Assembly (NCBI GenBank): GCA_951406725.2
Contig: OX597815.1
Location: forward strand, 111,786,001 to 111,850,000
Reading direction: 5' to 3'
Length of the DNA: 64,000 nucleotides
Source of the DNA: Octopus vulgaris
Lineage: Eukaryota
Below, one piece after another: positions 25,761 through 39,587 of the stretch. Numbering within the stretch: the stretch's first letter is position 1; every line of letters begins with the position of its first letter. Below the pieces are notes generated by a model. It saw nothing but the letters and a program-made list of their open reading frames with translations. It searched no databases and was not told where the DNA came from. The position numbers and the translations under genes are program-made.

Positions 25761-26447
25761 CTGTCTCATGAGAATTTTCCTCTCCCTGAGAATCTTGTTC
25801 TTATGTACAGTGGCCGTTCCTATGGAACATGCTTGTAGTAAACGGTTTGCATTACTTCAAACATCCAACTCTGCCTGATGCTGTCATAACTGTCGTTAAG
25901 CAGGGCACAAATGATTGTACAACTAAATCTATTTCAGGGTTGCATCCATCCCAACCAAAGTACAAGATCGCCACAACCAATGGATCCAGGCTGGTTGCCA
26001 CTGGAATAACCACAGGTGTCACATTATTGTTCTTTCTAAACATTATGAGTCTGTTACAACTCAATAACAGAACCAAAACCTAATTTAGTGCTTAGAACTC
26101 CCACTTTGCTCCTGGCACTAAGAGGTCAAATACAAAGTAAATTTTGAAGACGGAAGGAATTTCAACATCTCCCATTCATTTTCATTTTGTATCAGATGCT
26201 ATAGTAAAATAAAGAAATAAGCAAGTCACGCATAAATAAATTCAATTTGCTTCGGACCACAGTTGTGGAAAAACACAGAATGAAGGTTCATAGCAAAATA
26301 TTGCGGATTGCATATGCAACTTCACAATCTCTATGCAATAGAAACACGTGTTATTCATTTAAACCAATTATGCTGTGTCAGTAACACATAAATTAAAAGA
26401 AAACTTTTAAAATCTACAAGTCTCCCAATTCTATGTAATTATTTTGG

Positions 26448-26487
<40 letters not shown>

Positions 26488-26523
26488 TACCATATATCAT
26501 ATATGTCTCTCTCTCTCTCTGTC

Positions 26524-26593
<70 letters not shown>

Positions 26594-26659
26594 TATACAC
26601 ACACACATAAATAAATATACATATAAATATACATATATGTGTGTGTATGTCTATCTATA

Positions 26660-26770
26660 TCATTGTTTAGTCTTATTTCAAGATTTCTTGTCAATAGAGA
26701 AAGGTCAGATTTTCGAACCTAGATCCAAGACTCCTTCATTGGAATTTCAACATCAACAACGCTATTTTTG
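26660..26770 (-). mobile_element. 3' terminal fragment of the R4/Dong-like family
   Basis: tttcaagatttcttg.caata...tagatccaag.ctccttca.tggaatttcaaca matches 575-660. Confidence 0.65.
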
Positions 26771-27054
26771 TCTGTTTGCATGTATGTATGTATGTATGTA
26801 TGTATGTATGTATGGCGAGTTATTTTGGAAACACACTTTTACTGCGACTTTGGGAAATATCGGCAAATAAGGCATTATAAATATTTATCATTTTTATAGT
26901 TATCATTTTTATAGTTATCATTTTTATAGTTATTTTTATAGTTATAGTTATGAGGTAAAATGTCACAAAATTTAATGTCAGAATGTGAGGAAGTAGTCAT
27001 TCCCAAGTAATAAGAGTAAAGAATATATTTCTAAAAAGAATGATTTCGTTATAA

Positions 27055-27190
27055 GGCTGCGAGCTGGCAGAAACGTTAACGCGCCGGGCGTCATACATAT
27101 CAGTATCTCGTTTAGCTTCATATTCTGATTTCACTGAGGTCGACTTTGCATTTTTATATATTTCGGATCTATTTAATTTGACGTACAGAT
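27055..27190 (+). mobile_element. SINE fragment (second family)
   Basis: ggctgcgagctggcagaaacgttaac...gaggtcgactttgc. Confidence 0.6.
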
Positions 27191-27344
27191 TATCTAATTA
27201 ATTTTTTTAACTAAACATTTTGAAATATACGGTCGTCCTCGAAATTATCCATACCCTTGTTAATTTTTGTGACTTTTTTAAATTTTGGTAATGAAATGAA
27301 TGCATATTGTCAAGTTTATTTATGAGTTATTTTTGTGTATCTGG

Positions 27345-28562
27345 GCTCAACTCTCCTCCCCTCTTCATCTAAACTCCTACTTCTCTTCACTCCTACATCT
27401 TTTCACCCTTACACTCTTTCCCTCTTCTCTCTTACTCTCTTTCTCTCTTCTCTCTTTCTCTCTTCTCTCTTTCTCTCTGCTCCCTCACTCTCCTTCTCTC
27501 CTCTCTCTCCCTCCCTCCTCCTTCTTCCCACCCAACTCTCCTCTCTTGCCCCGACTCCTACTTCTCTTCACTGCTACTTTTCTTCACTGCTACTTCTCTT
27601 CACCCCTACATTCTTTCCCTCTTCTCACTTACTCTCTTTCTCTCGTTCTCTCTTCTCTCCTACTTTCTTTCTCCCTTTCTCTCCCCTCTTTCCCTCTTCC
27701 CTCATACTCTCTTTCTCTCTTCTCTCTTTCTCTCTTCTCTCTTACTCTCTTTCTCTCTTCCCTCTTTTCCTCTCCTCTTTTATTCTCTTTCTCTCTTCTC
27801 TCATAATCTTTCACCCTCTCTTTCTTTCTTCTCTCTTACTCTCTTACTCCCTTCTCTCTCACTCTCTTTCTCCTCCTCTCCTCTCTTTCTATCTTACTCT
27901 CTTCTCTCCTACACTCTTTCTCTCTTACTCTCTTTCTCTCTTCTCTCCTCCTCTCTCTCCTCACTTACCCACCTTCCCCTCCCCCATAAGCCCACCCACC
28001 CCTACACATTCCTGCTCCACCTTCCCATCGCCCATCCTATCCCACACACCCTCCCCCACATACCTCCACCTCTACCCCAACCCTCAGCCGAACCCACACC
28101 CCACCCGTGCTTTCCCCATTTTCGCCTCCCCCACCTCCAAACAACATCACACCACACCACACTACACCATACAACATTACACATCACATCACAACACACC
28201 ATCCACACACCCATCCCCACATTTTCACACCTACACGCACACGTCCAGACCACACGCGCATACATACTCTCTTATACGCACACGCACCTACGAGCTGGGG
28301 GTCATCTTCACTTTGTTATCTCCCCTACTTTCCCTCTCGTGTGTGACCCTTGTGTCCGAGTCAGACGCCATGATAGATCGGTAGCCACTACACACATTTC
28401 TTCTCTCCTTGTTTCTCTCCTTGTTTTCTGTGTCCCTTTCTGTAGAAAAGCGTAGGCTCGAAACGTAAAAGACTTTCTCTATTCCTGAGCGTTATACTAA
28501 TACATATGTTTGTTTTGTACATCACCTGTCTTCGTCTTTTATTTTTTCCGTAAACTCTCCCT
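27345..28562 (+). mobile_element. PLE 3' region: long polypyrimidine/CA tract followed by a pseudo-LTR with an HHR-like motif (28432-28473)
   Basis: 28380-28560 matches 63215-63345 directly and ~43010-43100 inverted; the same pyrimidine-tract-then-LTR layout follows the GIY-YIG remnant at 43.1-43.8 kb. Confidence 0.6.
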
Positions 28563-28577
28563 ATATATATATATATA

Positions 28578-28765
28578 GGCGCAGGTATGGCTGCGTAGTA
28601 AGAAGCTTACTTCCTAACCACATAGTGGATCAGGCCCACTGTGTGGCACCTTGTGCCTTCTAGAATGGCCTATGGACGATCAAAACTTTGTGAGTGGATT
28701 TGGTGTGTGTGTATGTGTGTGTGTGTGCTTGTCCCCACTGCTAGTTGACAACTGGTGTTGTCAAG
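28578..28765 (+). mobile_element. tRNA-derived SINE, truncated and degenerate
   Basis: ggcgcaggtatggctgcgtagtaagaagcttacttcctaaccaca...gtgagtggatttggt. Confidence 0.75.
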
Positions 28766-29139
28766 CAGTAAGAGAACTACTTGAGGACACAGTTTGCTCG
28801 AGTGCCTATGGATCATTTACGTTTCCTTGAGTGGACGGCAATACCTGCTTTATTTTTGCCAGGAAGAAAAGGGAACATTGCATCGCTTCAACTTCTGTTT
28901 TAATTTGCCTTTGAAGCATAAGAATGGCTTTCCAACAGCTCCTTAATTGTGGACTCAATTTCTTTATCCATCTTAGCATCATTGAACACAGTGGAACCAA
29001 AACAAGAGAAGGGATGAAACAGTTTTTAATGCTTTCCCGACATCTAGTGTAGGAGCAACGAGGGGAGGATGGTCACGAAAGGGTTGATGGACAAGCTCAG
29101 ATTTTTTTTATGCTGATGGTCTGTCTAATAGCCTTCGAT

Positions 29140-29400
29140 GCACGCTAGGATGTTGTTTAGAATTCAATGCATGTCCTCAAGAGTGTCTATTACAAGTGCA
29201 AAATCGTTTGCGAAGATCAAACCTCTACCTGTTTGCACCAAAGTCTTAGTTTTTGCTTTCAAGTGCTGTTGGTTGAACAAGCCACCACTGGTTCTATACT
29301 CAAACGTTACTCCTTCTGTAGCACACTCGAATACTGTTTTCAGCATGACAGAAAAATACAAAGTAAATAATAGTGTGGGCAAGGACAGTGTTTAATACAA
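29140..29400 (-). mobile_element. RTE/BovB-type RT fragment
   Basis: ORF 29164-29382 PTLLFTLYFSVML...YRTSGGLFN..HLKAKTK...LIFANDFALV matches RTE RT motifs B-C with the catalytic DD degraded. Confidence 0.75.
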
Positions 29401-30917
29401 ACCATGTGAGAAATGTCAGGTTCTAGATATGCCATTGAAAATGTTCCTCGACTGAAGGGGAGAGTTTTGCATTGTATTTATTATTCCTCTCTTATAGGTT
29501 GTCCCGAATACCAATGAATGTAGTCAAAGCAAAACATGTTGTAACCCTCCAATTTACTTATTTATTTATATCTACGAGAATACTGTCTGTCGAGTACTTT
29601 TTTGTTTACAACATTAGAAACTCATTTCAGAGGGATTAGAAAGTATATCTAATGTAGAAAGAGGCAACTCAAATGATTTAGTCGAAGACAGACACTGAGG
29701 TTCCCTACTAGGTCAACTTATGAGAAGTGAAAACCGTAAACACATCCACACCAGCACCCAGAGTTGATGAAAATTTTCTTTCTGTATTACGCTATAATTC
29801 GAACAGTAAGCAACAATAAGTTACCATCCTTGAATTTCTGAATATCTCTCTGAGTTGACAATCTAATAATGCGAGGCTGTTTCTGATTTAATGATTGATA
29901 GAAGAAAACAGGCATTAATTTATACTGGCGGTGCAAGAAAATTAATAAGTAGTTTGCAAAATGTTAGGTGTCAAGAAAGAATACCTAAGCATATTTGTTA
30001 CACTGCTTTCCCTGTAAATCATTTCATTTGCTTTACGCATGACTATTATTGGCTTTTATTTAGTATCTAAAATTGCATCAATATTTTGTATTGCAGTTAC
30101 AATCAATCGTAGACCAGGCTGCTTTAATCAGGCACACTATGGAAGATATACTATTCGTGACTCCCAATTTGTTTTTCAGATACATTATAACTAGGATTAC
30201 TTTATCTGTGACCTACTAAAAGCATAAAAGCTGGAATGGTGCTTGTTTTTATGTATTTATTATATATAGTTTGTGGTGAATAAACACAACGCTATGAAAT
30301 CAGGTGATTTTGAGAAAGAGTTGAATGCCTTAGATATATTTAGCATAAATATTGTAGTGTGGAGCGTTGTGCGTATGTGTCACGCTACCTCACTCGAGAT
30401 TTATGTTCATATATGTTTGTGATCTTATCAGGACTTGAGATGTCGGAGTTCACGTAATTTTCATATCATATTTTTTCGTGACCTACAGAAGGAAGGACTC
30501 TATAAGAATGTTAAATATACTTAGATTTCTATTTTGACTTCTTTCAATGTTTCCTCTTTTTCTTACCGTTGGCTGATTTTCAACAGTTGTTGGAGTAAGC
30601 ACTCTTTTTGAGGTTGTTATGGGGAGTGTTATGGAAATAAGAAATTTCTAATCTTTTAATACTAGTAACGAGTAATCCATTCCTTAGTATGTTAGTTTTT
30701 TGTCTTAAATAGTTAGGATATAAACGGAAATCTGTTGTGACGATAAGGCGTCATCCATGTCTTTATGTGCTTTAGGTGCATTCTAGTCGATTTTATGTTG
30801 TCCTAGGAGTTGGGAGTGAATGAAAAATTCTGCAGTCAATGTATCAAAATTGGTCGAGATTTGGTGAGGCTATAAGTGATATATCCATTTATCTTTTTTA
30901 ATACAAATTATAGTATT

Positions 30918-31065
30918 AAGGCGTGAAGCTGGCAGACTCGTAAGCACAAAGTTGAAATTTCTTAGTGTCATTTCGTCCGCCTTTACAATCTGAATTCAAA
31001 CTCATTTAAGGTCGACTTTCCCTTTCAACCTTTCCGTATTGAAAGTACCAGTCGAGCACTAGTAC
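30918..31065 (+). mobile_element. SINE fragment (second family)
   Basis: ggcgtgaagctggcagactcgt...aggtcgactttccctttca...aagtaccagtcgagcact. Confidence 0.6.
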
Positions 31066-34000
31066 TTGTTTTAAGTGCATCGTATAATATTTTAGTCTTG
31101 CAATCGAATAACTTGATCAAATCACTCATCTGTAGTGCTTTCGTCAGTTGAATGCTTTTATTCTAAACTCACTGTGCTTTATTAATTCCCAGATAATGTT
31201 TCTGCTACATGTATTATGCATAAGCATTTATATAATAATCTTCGTTATCGTTCGTCCGTTATACATTAGTTAGTTAGAGGTGTGGAGGTGGCGTGAATGA
31301 GAGGTAGAGTAAGAGGAAGAGAGAGAGAGAGAGAGAGAGAGAAAGGAGTGAAAAAAGAAGTGATGAAGAAATGGAGAAAGGTCATTAATATTAATACACT
31401 TTCGCCAAATGCGTCACGTGGTTAGCTGAAGGTAGAGGCGAAGAACGAGAGGAAGAACAGCGAGAAAAAGAGGGAGAGAGAAGTGTAAACGATGTGTCGT
31501 GGGGTGGGAAGGAATATTTATTACGTGGTTAGAAAAATAGCAGAAGTGAAAGGGGAATAGGAGATATGTTTAGGATACAAAATTTAACAGAATGTGATGA
31601 GGTTAAAGAAAAGTAGATAGAGAGTGATGGACAGGGCAGACTATTATAGTAATCATCGCTTAATACATGCGCATAAATGCAATTCATTAGGGTCTGTTCG
31701 TTTAGAAAATTGATATTTGTTTATAAGAGTTTATTTGTGGATTCACAAGAAAGAAGTTTACAAGCTGCCGGAGAAAGGATGCAGATGTAGAGCACGGACC
31801 AGAGTGGGTCAGTGAGAAGACATAATAAAAAGAGGAAAAGGACAACTCCGACGTGAGGAAATGAATGTAGACGAACTTCAAGAATATTTAAAGAAAGTTA
31901 AGCTATGAATGCCATAAAAATGCAAATCATCCTTTCTTTCCTAAATGCGTCCTCTTAATTTTTTCCATTCCATGGAATTTACACGGGCCCTACTAGCAGG
32001 AATATTAATCTCTCAATCCCTGCAGATAAGGACCTCGGGATCTAATGCTTCAAGTATTGGACATAGAATTACAGCTTTTATAAAGCATATAAAACAGTGA
32101 TTTGAATGTTATATGCGATAATTTTAAGTTCCATAAATATAATCAGAACTGTAAGGCTGCGCAGTAATATATTATAAATAGTTTCTTTTTTCCAATTTCA
32201 CTGGTCGCTTTCGTAATTCTCGTTGTTTGTGTGTGCCTTATGTATAAGATGACGTTTCTTGTATTGGTTTTTTTTATATTCACAGCAAAATTAGGAATAT
32301 GACAATGGAGGTAAAGATAGAAAATTCGTTTTTTTAAATGTTATCGTAATTGTTTTTTTAATTATAATTATGCATACTTGTGCATCTTGCTGTCTCTATT
32401 TGTGAGTATATTGTTGTTTTGTACTTACCTATTAAATGTTTCTTGTTGCAAAAGGCCTCTATGTTTTATGTGTCGAAGATTTACTCTTACGTTCAGCCTT
32501 ATCCTCTGATCAACTCTGTAACTCCTCTTTTTTCAAATAATTATACTAGACTATGTTATCCAGCGTATTCACCAATTCTTAAGACGATAGTAGGAATTAT
32601 AATGTGTATTTGTTTGATATTTCTACCAAGTTAAATATAATTAGGAGAGAGCTTACTATTATGAGCGAATAAAACCAAAAATCAGTATGCTTATAAGTTA
32701 ATTTTACTAAAATATCGTCATTTCCATCTTGAACCTCCCCTATTTTAAAGTCTCGTCGCTTACTTCTAGAAAGGATTCTTCTATCGCGTTTTTGATAGGT
32801 GACTCATCTTTGTAACTCTCTTTAATCTGTCTCTGGGATGTGCCATTTCTAGCATGAATGTCTTCTCCGATATTAATTAAAACGGATTAAGTAAAACGGA
32901 TCTGATTGTGATTTCATTGATTCATATCTACCGAGTGTACGTTGGTATGCTCAGCTTTCATTCTTTAGAAAAATTATCTAAAATCAGTTGACTTCAACTG
33001 ATATGATATATTTTTTAAGCCTTCCGGTTTGTTTCAGTTTGGTTTTTAATTTCTTTGTATTTCTTTGAGTAGTACATATTCTTGCTCAAATTATGTGGAT
33101 TTTCTAGCGTTCTTCATTTTACGTGGGTAACTTATTTATATTTTTTGCCTCGTACTTGATTGATATATTTCTTTCATTGGGTAATGTATTTCATGTGACT
33201 TTTTTTATTTAACACCAGTTGTATTTTTTCTCGTTTTATGATTTAAAATGTTTTCATTACTTTTTCTTTGCCTATTATATACAGAGTATTATATCAGTTG
33301 TCTTGTCTAATACATCATGTTTTTTCTCTAAGATAATTGTTTCCGTTTTGTACAGCACTTCGTTAGCAAATTCTATGAATACTATCCTCTAAATTTCTAT
33401 TACAATTCAGACTCAACATTTGTCTTGTGACAGGAGATACTGTTTCTTAATATGCATTAGGTAATATTGCCAACTAAATGCTATGCATCTTCCATCAATT
33501 CTTTATTGGTATTTACGAGAAGGATAAAACATTTAACTAGTCTGTTATTTTTAATTTCAGAAATAATTCTTCCAATCAAGATTTATTATAAGAAATTGAG
33601 GAATTAAGAAACCAGTAAAAATATGTCAACTTATAATTTAATACTAACATTCATTCTGTATAGTTGTCATCGTAAAAATTTTGGCAGCGTTTTAATAATA
33701 AAATACTTTTTCTGTATTTCGTACACGATCACATATTATACACATACAATGTTCACTGTTGGTTTCAGTTCCAATCGTGCATTTGCGACAGGCCCATTTA
33801 AACTCAGAGTACTGAATCATCTTTTCCTCCGTGGAATTGAATATATATATATATAAAAATGCGCGCGCGCGTGTGTGTATGTGTGTGTATGTGTGTGTAT
33901 GCACTTAATTAGAGGTTATGTTAACCTCACAAAGGCATGGTTTCATCCAAGGAAATACTGGTTCAATACCTAGTATTATTGAGAATGAAATTCCCTTAAC

Positions 34001-34771
34001 ATAATATGTATGTATTAAAAATATAGTTTCTATCCAGTTAAATGAAGAAAAGAAAATAGAGAGTAGAAAGTTAATATTTATCGTTAACAAATTTGTCAGC
34101 TTTACATCTTACAGCCGTTTCAATTAATACTCAATAATTTAATTACAACTTTGTTCCTTAAATTTACATTAAATATGGCATGAGCATAATTTCATCAGAG
34201 AAAATAGTTATATCTTGAGATGCCATATGCCGAACTAACAATTCATTTCATCGACCTCTACATAAAGAGTATTAAAAAAAATATCTTATTTTGATATAAT
34301 TTTATTTTAGATGTTTACACTATTCTACGCATGTTTATACTCTCATATATTCAAACGTTTACAAATTTACTTATTTGAATTGTGAATCATATTATTTTCG
34401 ATAATATTAATATGATTACAAAACTTCTTTGTAGACGATATTTTCTGTTTGCTTGACACTAATTTTCAAATTACTGCAGTGGGTTGCTCTCCTCATAGCA
34501 ACGTACAATTAGCTGTGCGTAAATATCAGAGTGGGTTCAATACACCTACATGATCTATAGTTTGACCCTGTGCCTCGTGTGTTGTGAATGCACGAGTGGC
34601 TCTTTAGGGCTTCAAAAAATCAAACTAAAACTGACCTCTCACCTTCCTATTCGAATATTGTCTGAAGGTTCTGGTGCCATGGCTTATTTTGATCGACAAA
34701 ACTGAGATGTAAACAACAGCCACTTCGATTAACCGTTTCGAATCATGCTCGAGACTGACATACTTTAATAA

Positions 34772-35058
34772 CTAGTAAATGTACTCTTCAATAACCACGA
34801 ACTGTACGATGAAAATCCAGAGTTACTCATAGTCGGTGAATCTTTAGTAAAACTGCGAAGGTAGTTTATCAATTGAAAAATCGATATCCAGGAAATAATC
34901 ATACTTTCTGATATTTTAATGCTATAATCTTTCCTGACAACCGTCTTTGTAATCCCGAAAAGTATCGTAGCCATTAGTCCAGCCGTCTGGCCATGAAGAG
35001 GGAACAGACAAAGAGACGGACAGACAGACAGGCGAACATAACGCCCATTATAGAAAGA
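34772..35058 (-). mobile_element. Possible short non-autonomous Helitron-like element
   Basis: On the minus strand it begins A|TC (35058), has a (CTGT)n tract near the 5' end and ends CTAG|T (34772). The subterminal hairpin is weak. Confidence 0.4.
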
Positions 35059-36314
35059 TGACAAAAATTATGGTACTGGAACAAAATATAATTTCACCCA
35101 ACATATTTGTTGGGTATCAAAATACGAATTTTTAAGTAACATCATATTTAGGCAATTATTTCGAGGTCCGTGTGGGAATTTGAAATACAGTGGTCGATAT
35201 GATGCGTGATTGTTGTATCTGCAGTTGTTACATTTGCACTAGGTCTGTGAAATGAATGGCCTCCTTACATCAGAAGTATACTAAATAATAGATTCTGAAG
35301 TGAATGAAGTTAAAACGAAATTAGAGATCAGTTCATAGACGCTGTCATTTTCCTATAATCTGAATAAATATTCATGATTATGAATTAACTCTATCTATAC
35401 AAAGGTGAAACTAGTCCCCCTACTCATATACTGGATTACGAACTACATTGGGTGAGATGGACATTCTGTCACTAATCAAGCGTTGATTTAAATTATACGA
35501 ATCTTATTTATTAATAGTTCCTACATATTTTTTATAATCATGTATGTGTGAAGAAAAACTTTGTCAGTAGAAACCAGCTACCAAATATAAAAATGGTGAT
35601 AAAAAGTCCCTAATGGTTAAATAAATATTTAAACATTTCAAATAACAGAATAAATTACAGTGTTTAATGAGGTGAGCCACACAGTATAAATTTGTTGTAA
35701 CATCAGATAGAATAGAGACGTGCACATAATTTGATTTAACTAATGCTGACTATCAAATAATGAACCTTTCGATTAGTATGCATGTGTAAATCGGGTGTTT
35801 TACTTCGTATTTCATAATGTTTATAGTAAACGTGCCACATCTAAGAACACGCTGCTTGAACATTTGCATTTCGTGTTTTCAATAAAAGAGATCACAGCAG
35901 AATAAAGGACTGAGTATACTATATAATTAAAGTCTACCTTCATTGCAAAAAATTGTGACCAACCCCAGCACCAAAAAATATTAAATATCACAAGATATAG
36001 TATTAAAATTAGCTTTCATAATAAAGATGAAAACATTAAGAAATCTAGACATAAAGTTCAAATCAAAAGAGAATTTGCGATTACTTTCTCACATACGTAT
36101 AAAGTAAAAATTTACACTCATATACACATATGTCTCTGAGTGTAAATGTACGTACGTATGTATGAGTGTACATAAATACAGTGTACATTTAAACACAAAA
36201 GAGGTATCCAACATAGGGCTACTTGCACGCTAGAGAGGACAGTTAAATTCCAAATCAATATGAAGGATAAAATTTCAAATGGAATGAAAAATAAAATCGT
36301 TTACTATCTAACTC

Positions 36315-36382
36315 CTGGACTAATGGTTTCAGACGTTTTTTAGCAAATAAAATAATTTGCTAGGCGACGCCTTCTTCAGCAA
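36315..36382 (-). ncRNA. Hammerhead ribozyme motif
   Basis: Reverse complement reads ttg-CTGAAGA-AGGCGT[tagcaaat hairpin]ACGTCT-GAAA-CCATTAG-TC-cag. Confidence 0.7.
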
Positions 36383-36493
36383 GTACACCTTAGATTAAAT
36401 ATATATATATACGAGGCAATCCAGTATATGCCCGCTGTTTATACATTCTAATTTTTCAAATCTAACACGCAAGCGCAACTCCTTGCCAGCAGT

Positions 36494-36609
36494 GGGGTCG
36501 ATAAATTAAGTACCAGTTACGCACTGGGGTCGATATAATCGAATTAATCCGTTTGTCTGTCCTTGTTTGTCCTCTCTGTGTTTAGCTCCTTGTGGGTAGT
36601 AAAGAAATA
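36494..36609 (+). mobile_element. 5'-truncated SINE tail inserted in the left palindrome arm
   Basis: ggggtcgataaattaagtaccagttacgcactggggtcgatataatc...aaagaaata is absent from the right arm and flanked by duplicated AGT (36491-36493, 36610-36612). Confidence 0.8.
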
Positions 36610-36868
36610 AGTAAATAAATATGCCAGCTTTTTCATTTCGAAAATTATCCAAGAAAAAAATTATCAATAATTATTAATATTAATTATTAATAATATTAAT
36701 TATTGATAAATATTTTCCTGGATAATTTTCGAAATGAAAAAGCCAGCATATTTATTTACTGCCGACAGGGATCTTCGCTTGCGCGGTAAATTGAAAAATT
36801 AGAATGTATAAGCACGGGGAATATACATGGATTGCCTCGTGTATATATATATTTAATCTAAGGTGTAG

Positions 36869-36936
36869 CTGCTGAAGAAGGCGTCGCCTAGCAAATTATT
36901 TTATTTGCTAAAAAATGTCTGAAACCATTGGTCCAG
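36869..36936 (+). ncRNA. Hammerhead ribozyme motif
   Basis: ctg-CTGAAGA-AGGCGT-cgcc-TAGCAAAT-tatttt-ATTTGCTA-aaaa-ATGTCT-GAAA-CCA.T.TGG-TC-cag, with a GUC triplet. Confidence 0.75.
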
Positions 36937-37093
36937 GAGTTAGAAGGTAATTGTTTTTATTGTTCATTCCATTCGAAATTTTATCCCTAATATTGGTTTG
37001 GAATTTAACTATCCTCTCTAGCATGCAAGGTTTTTACACGCTAGGCCTCTGGAAATGGAAATTTCTCATATTTCTGATTACCCTTTGATATTA

Positions 37094-37138
<45 letters not shown>

Positions 37139-37202
37139 AATATATGTATGTGTGTGTCTGTGTGTATGTATATGAATATTTGTGCATGTATGTAAGTATC
37201 TA

Positions 37203-37233
<31 letters not shown>

Positions 37234-37369
37234 CAATGTATATACGCATATATAATATATATATAACATATACATATAAAATATACACAAACACACTTCT
37301 ACTATAGCGTCAAGCCGACCAGAGCATTGTGTGTGTGCGCGCACGCGCGCGTAAGTCATTATGTGTGTA

Positions 37370-37592
37370 TGTCTTTGTGTGTGTGTTATTCCCCCCACCA
37401 TTGCTTGGGAACATTTGGTGATGGGTTCATGCCCCCTATTACATAGCGGTTCGGCAAAGAGACCAATAGAGTAAGTGCTTGGCTTACAAAGAATAAGTCC
37501 TGGAGTCGATTTCTTCCACTAAAAAATCTTTGAAGGTGGTGCTCTGGCATGGCCGCAGTTAAATGACTGAAACGTGTAAAAGAATAAAAGAA
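37370..37592 (+). mobile_element. tRNA-derived SINE, 3' half
   Basis: Matches 56950-57157. Confidence 0.8.
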
Positions 37593-39539
37593 TATATATA
37601 AAACCATATACAAACTTTGATAGACTTAATGATACCCATAACTATGTAAACGTATGAGAGTGTGTTTAGTCACAAGTATACGTATGTGTAGACTCAGTTA
37701 TATTACTGGAAATTTTGCCTCAATACACATACTTAAAAACACAGACATTAAAAATACAATTGTATGTTAATATGTGTAAAAAGTGACTTCTTTACATCAC
37801 TGCAAAAAACAAATGTTAGTAAAACCTAGTGAAACATTTCGGTGTCTATTAAATCAACTATATATAAGAACCGACAAAACGAACTCGTTTTGTTCAAAGA
37901 ACGATAATATAGAAAGGAAACTGAGAGGTTATTTTTTGCCATAAAATTTCCTGTAGTATGTTTTACGGGACGAATACTGAATTTACAATATTTTAAGTAA
38001 GAAAGGAAAAAATGCTTGTTATTTAAGAAAACGCAACAAAACATTACAGCTATAATTTCCATAAGAGACCAGAGTTATACCAAATAGACCCGTAAATAGA
38101 ATAAAATGTAGTAAGGAATGAATTATTATAAACAAGGGATAATTGGTGTAATTAATTGTCTTACTACATATGAAACGCATCTGATAGATATTGGATATGA
38201 AAGACTTAGTGAAAGTTAATAGGGGTAATGTACATAAAAAAGAATCTTGCATCAAATGGTTATAGAGACAGCAAATTATTCATATCGATTACATGGTGTT
38301 TTAAGGTTTAATTCAACTGATGGCTGTTCAAAGTAATAAGTAAAACAGAATTATAGAAGACTATTAATAACATTGGATTAATAGCGTAGGAGTAACCATT
38401 ATTATTGCTATTTTTATTGTAATAATGTATCGTGTGCTATATTTCTTGTTGTCCTTTATAAATAACGAGATAAATAACGAGAGGTAGACAGTAAAAGCGA
38501 TGAAAATATAACCGTATCTCCAGTTAGCAGAGTACCATTCAACAATTTCCGGCATACTATAATGAATCGAATACAGATCATCTTGACAGTCTGGACGCAG
38601 AGCACTCTTTCCACTGTTTATTTTATTCTAGTGCGTCTGTAGATTTAGTTAGATTCCATAACTTTGGTGGTCTGGGTAGTCCTGTATATAATACGTTAGT
38701 TCCTGTTGGCCTGTATACATTGTTTCTGGTGTATATCACATCACAGTTTGAGAGCCAGTGGAATGTTTATGTTTCATGTATATTTTTACGTGTCCTGATT
38801 CTACTCTGGGAAGTGGACAATGAATCTGGATGTTTCGAAGCATTTTTTTTTTGTGCTGTTACAAGGAATCTCGGGTGTTGAGATTTGATACTGCAACCCC
38901 TCATATATCTACGTGATCTTTGCTTGTATATGGCCAGTGAGTGGGATATATGTACAGCATATTTGAGGTGTTTTGGCTTTGTCCCATCATACAACCACAG
39001 GATATTATATATCTGTGTTCTTAAACTGAATACGTCAATAAGAAATATTATTTCCGGAAGAATATCGTTCGTAATTTGCCTTTTAGCGATGAATTTGTCT
39101 TACGTATGACACACAGATGTCTATTTTTAGCTAATGCTGCTTCTTTTGCATGTAATGGACTTTCATTCAGCTAAACACCTATTCGTAAAATTTTTTACCG
39201 GGAATAGTAGCGATGAATTTTTGGTAACATGTCATTGGCAGTGAGGACATTGTACTCACTAAATCCAGAGCTAAGAAATGCAGATTTACAAATATCCCCC
39301 CTGCGGCTATTCAATTTTTTTCAGTTTCTGATTATTTGTTGTATTTATAAACGTGGTACGTCCATAACAGTTATTATCTCAAGAAGAATACCGCTGCTAT
39401 TGTGCCTCTTCAACATGTTTTCAGATTAAGCATGACGTACAGATGTGTGTGTGTGTGTGTTTGTGTGTGATCGTATGCGTGCTTGTTTTTGTGAGTGTGT
39501 ATGTATGTACGAATGTGCGCATGTATCAGTACGTGTGTA

Positions 39540-39587
<48 letters not shown>

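Larger units (their letters stand above)
36222..37029. mobile_element. ~800-bp quasi-palindrome with one hammerhead per arm
   Basis: The arms are reverse complements with almost no spacer (centre ~36685, AT-rich). The left arm is interrupted by a SINE fragment at 36494-36609. Confidence 0.85.

Noticed and set aside
27228-27300. Tc1-like TIR start (tacggtcgtcctcgaaattatccataccc)
   Set aside because: No partner TIR or transposase found.
27335-28384. 349-aa S/L/P/F-rich ORF
   Set aside because: Open only because the polypyrimidine tract cannot encode stop codons.
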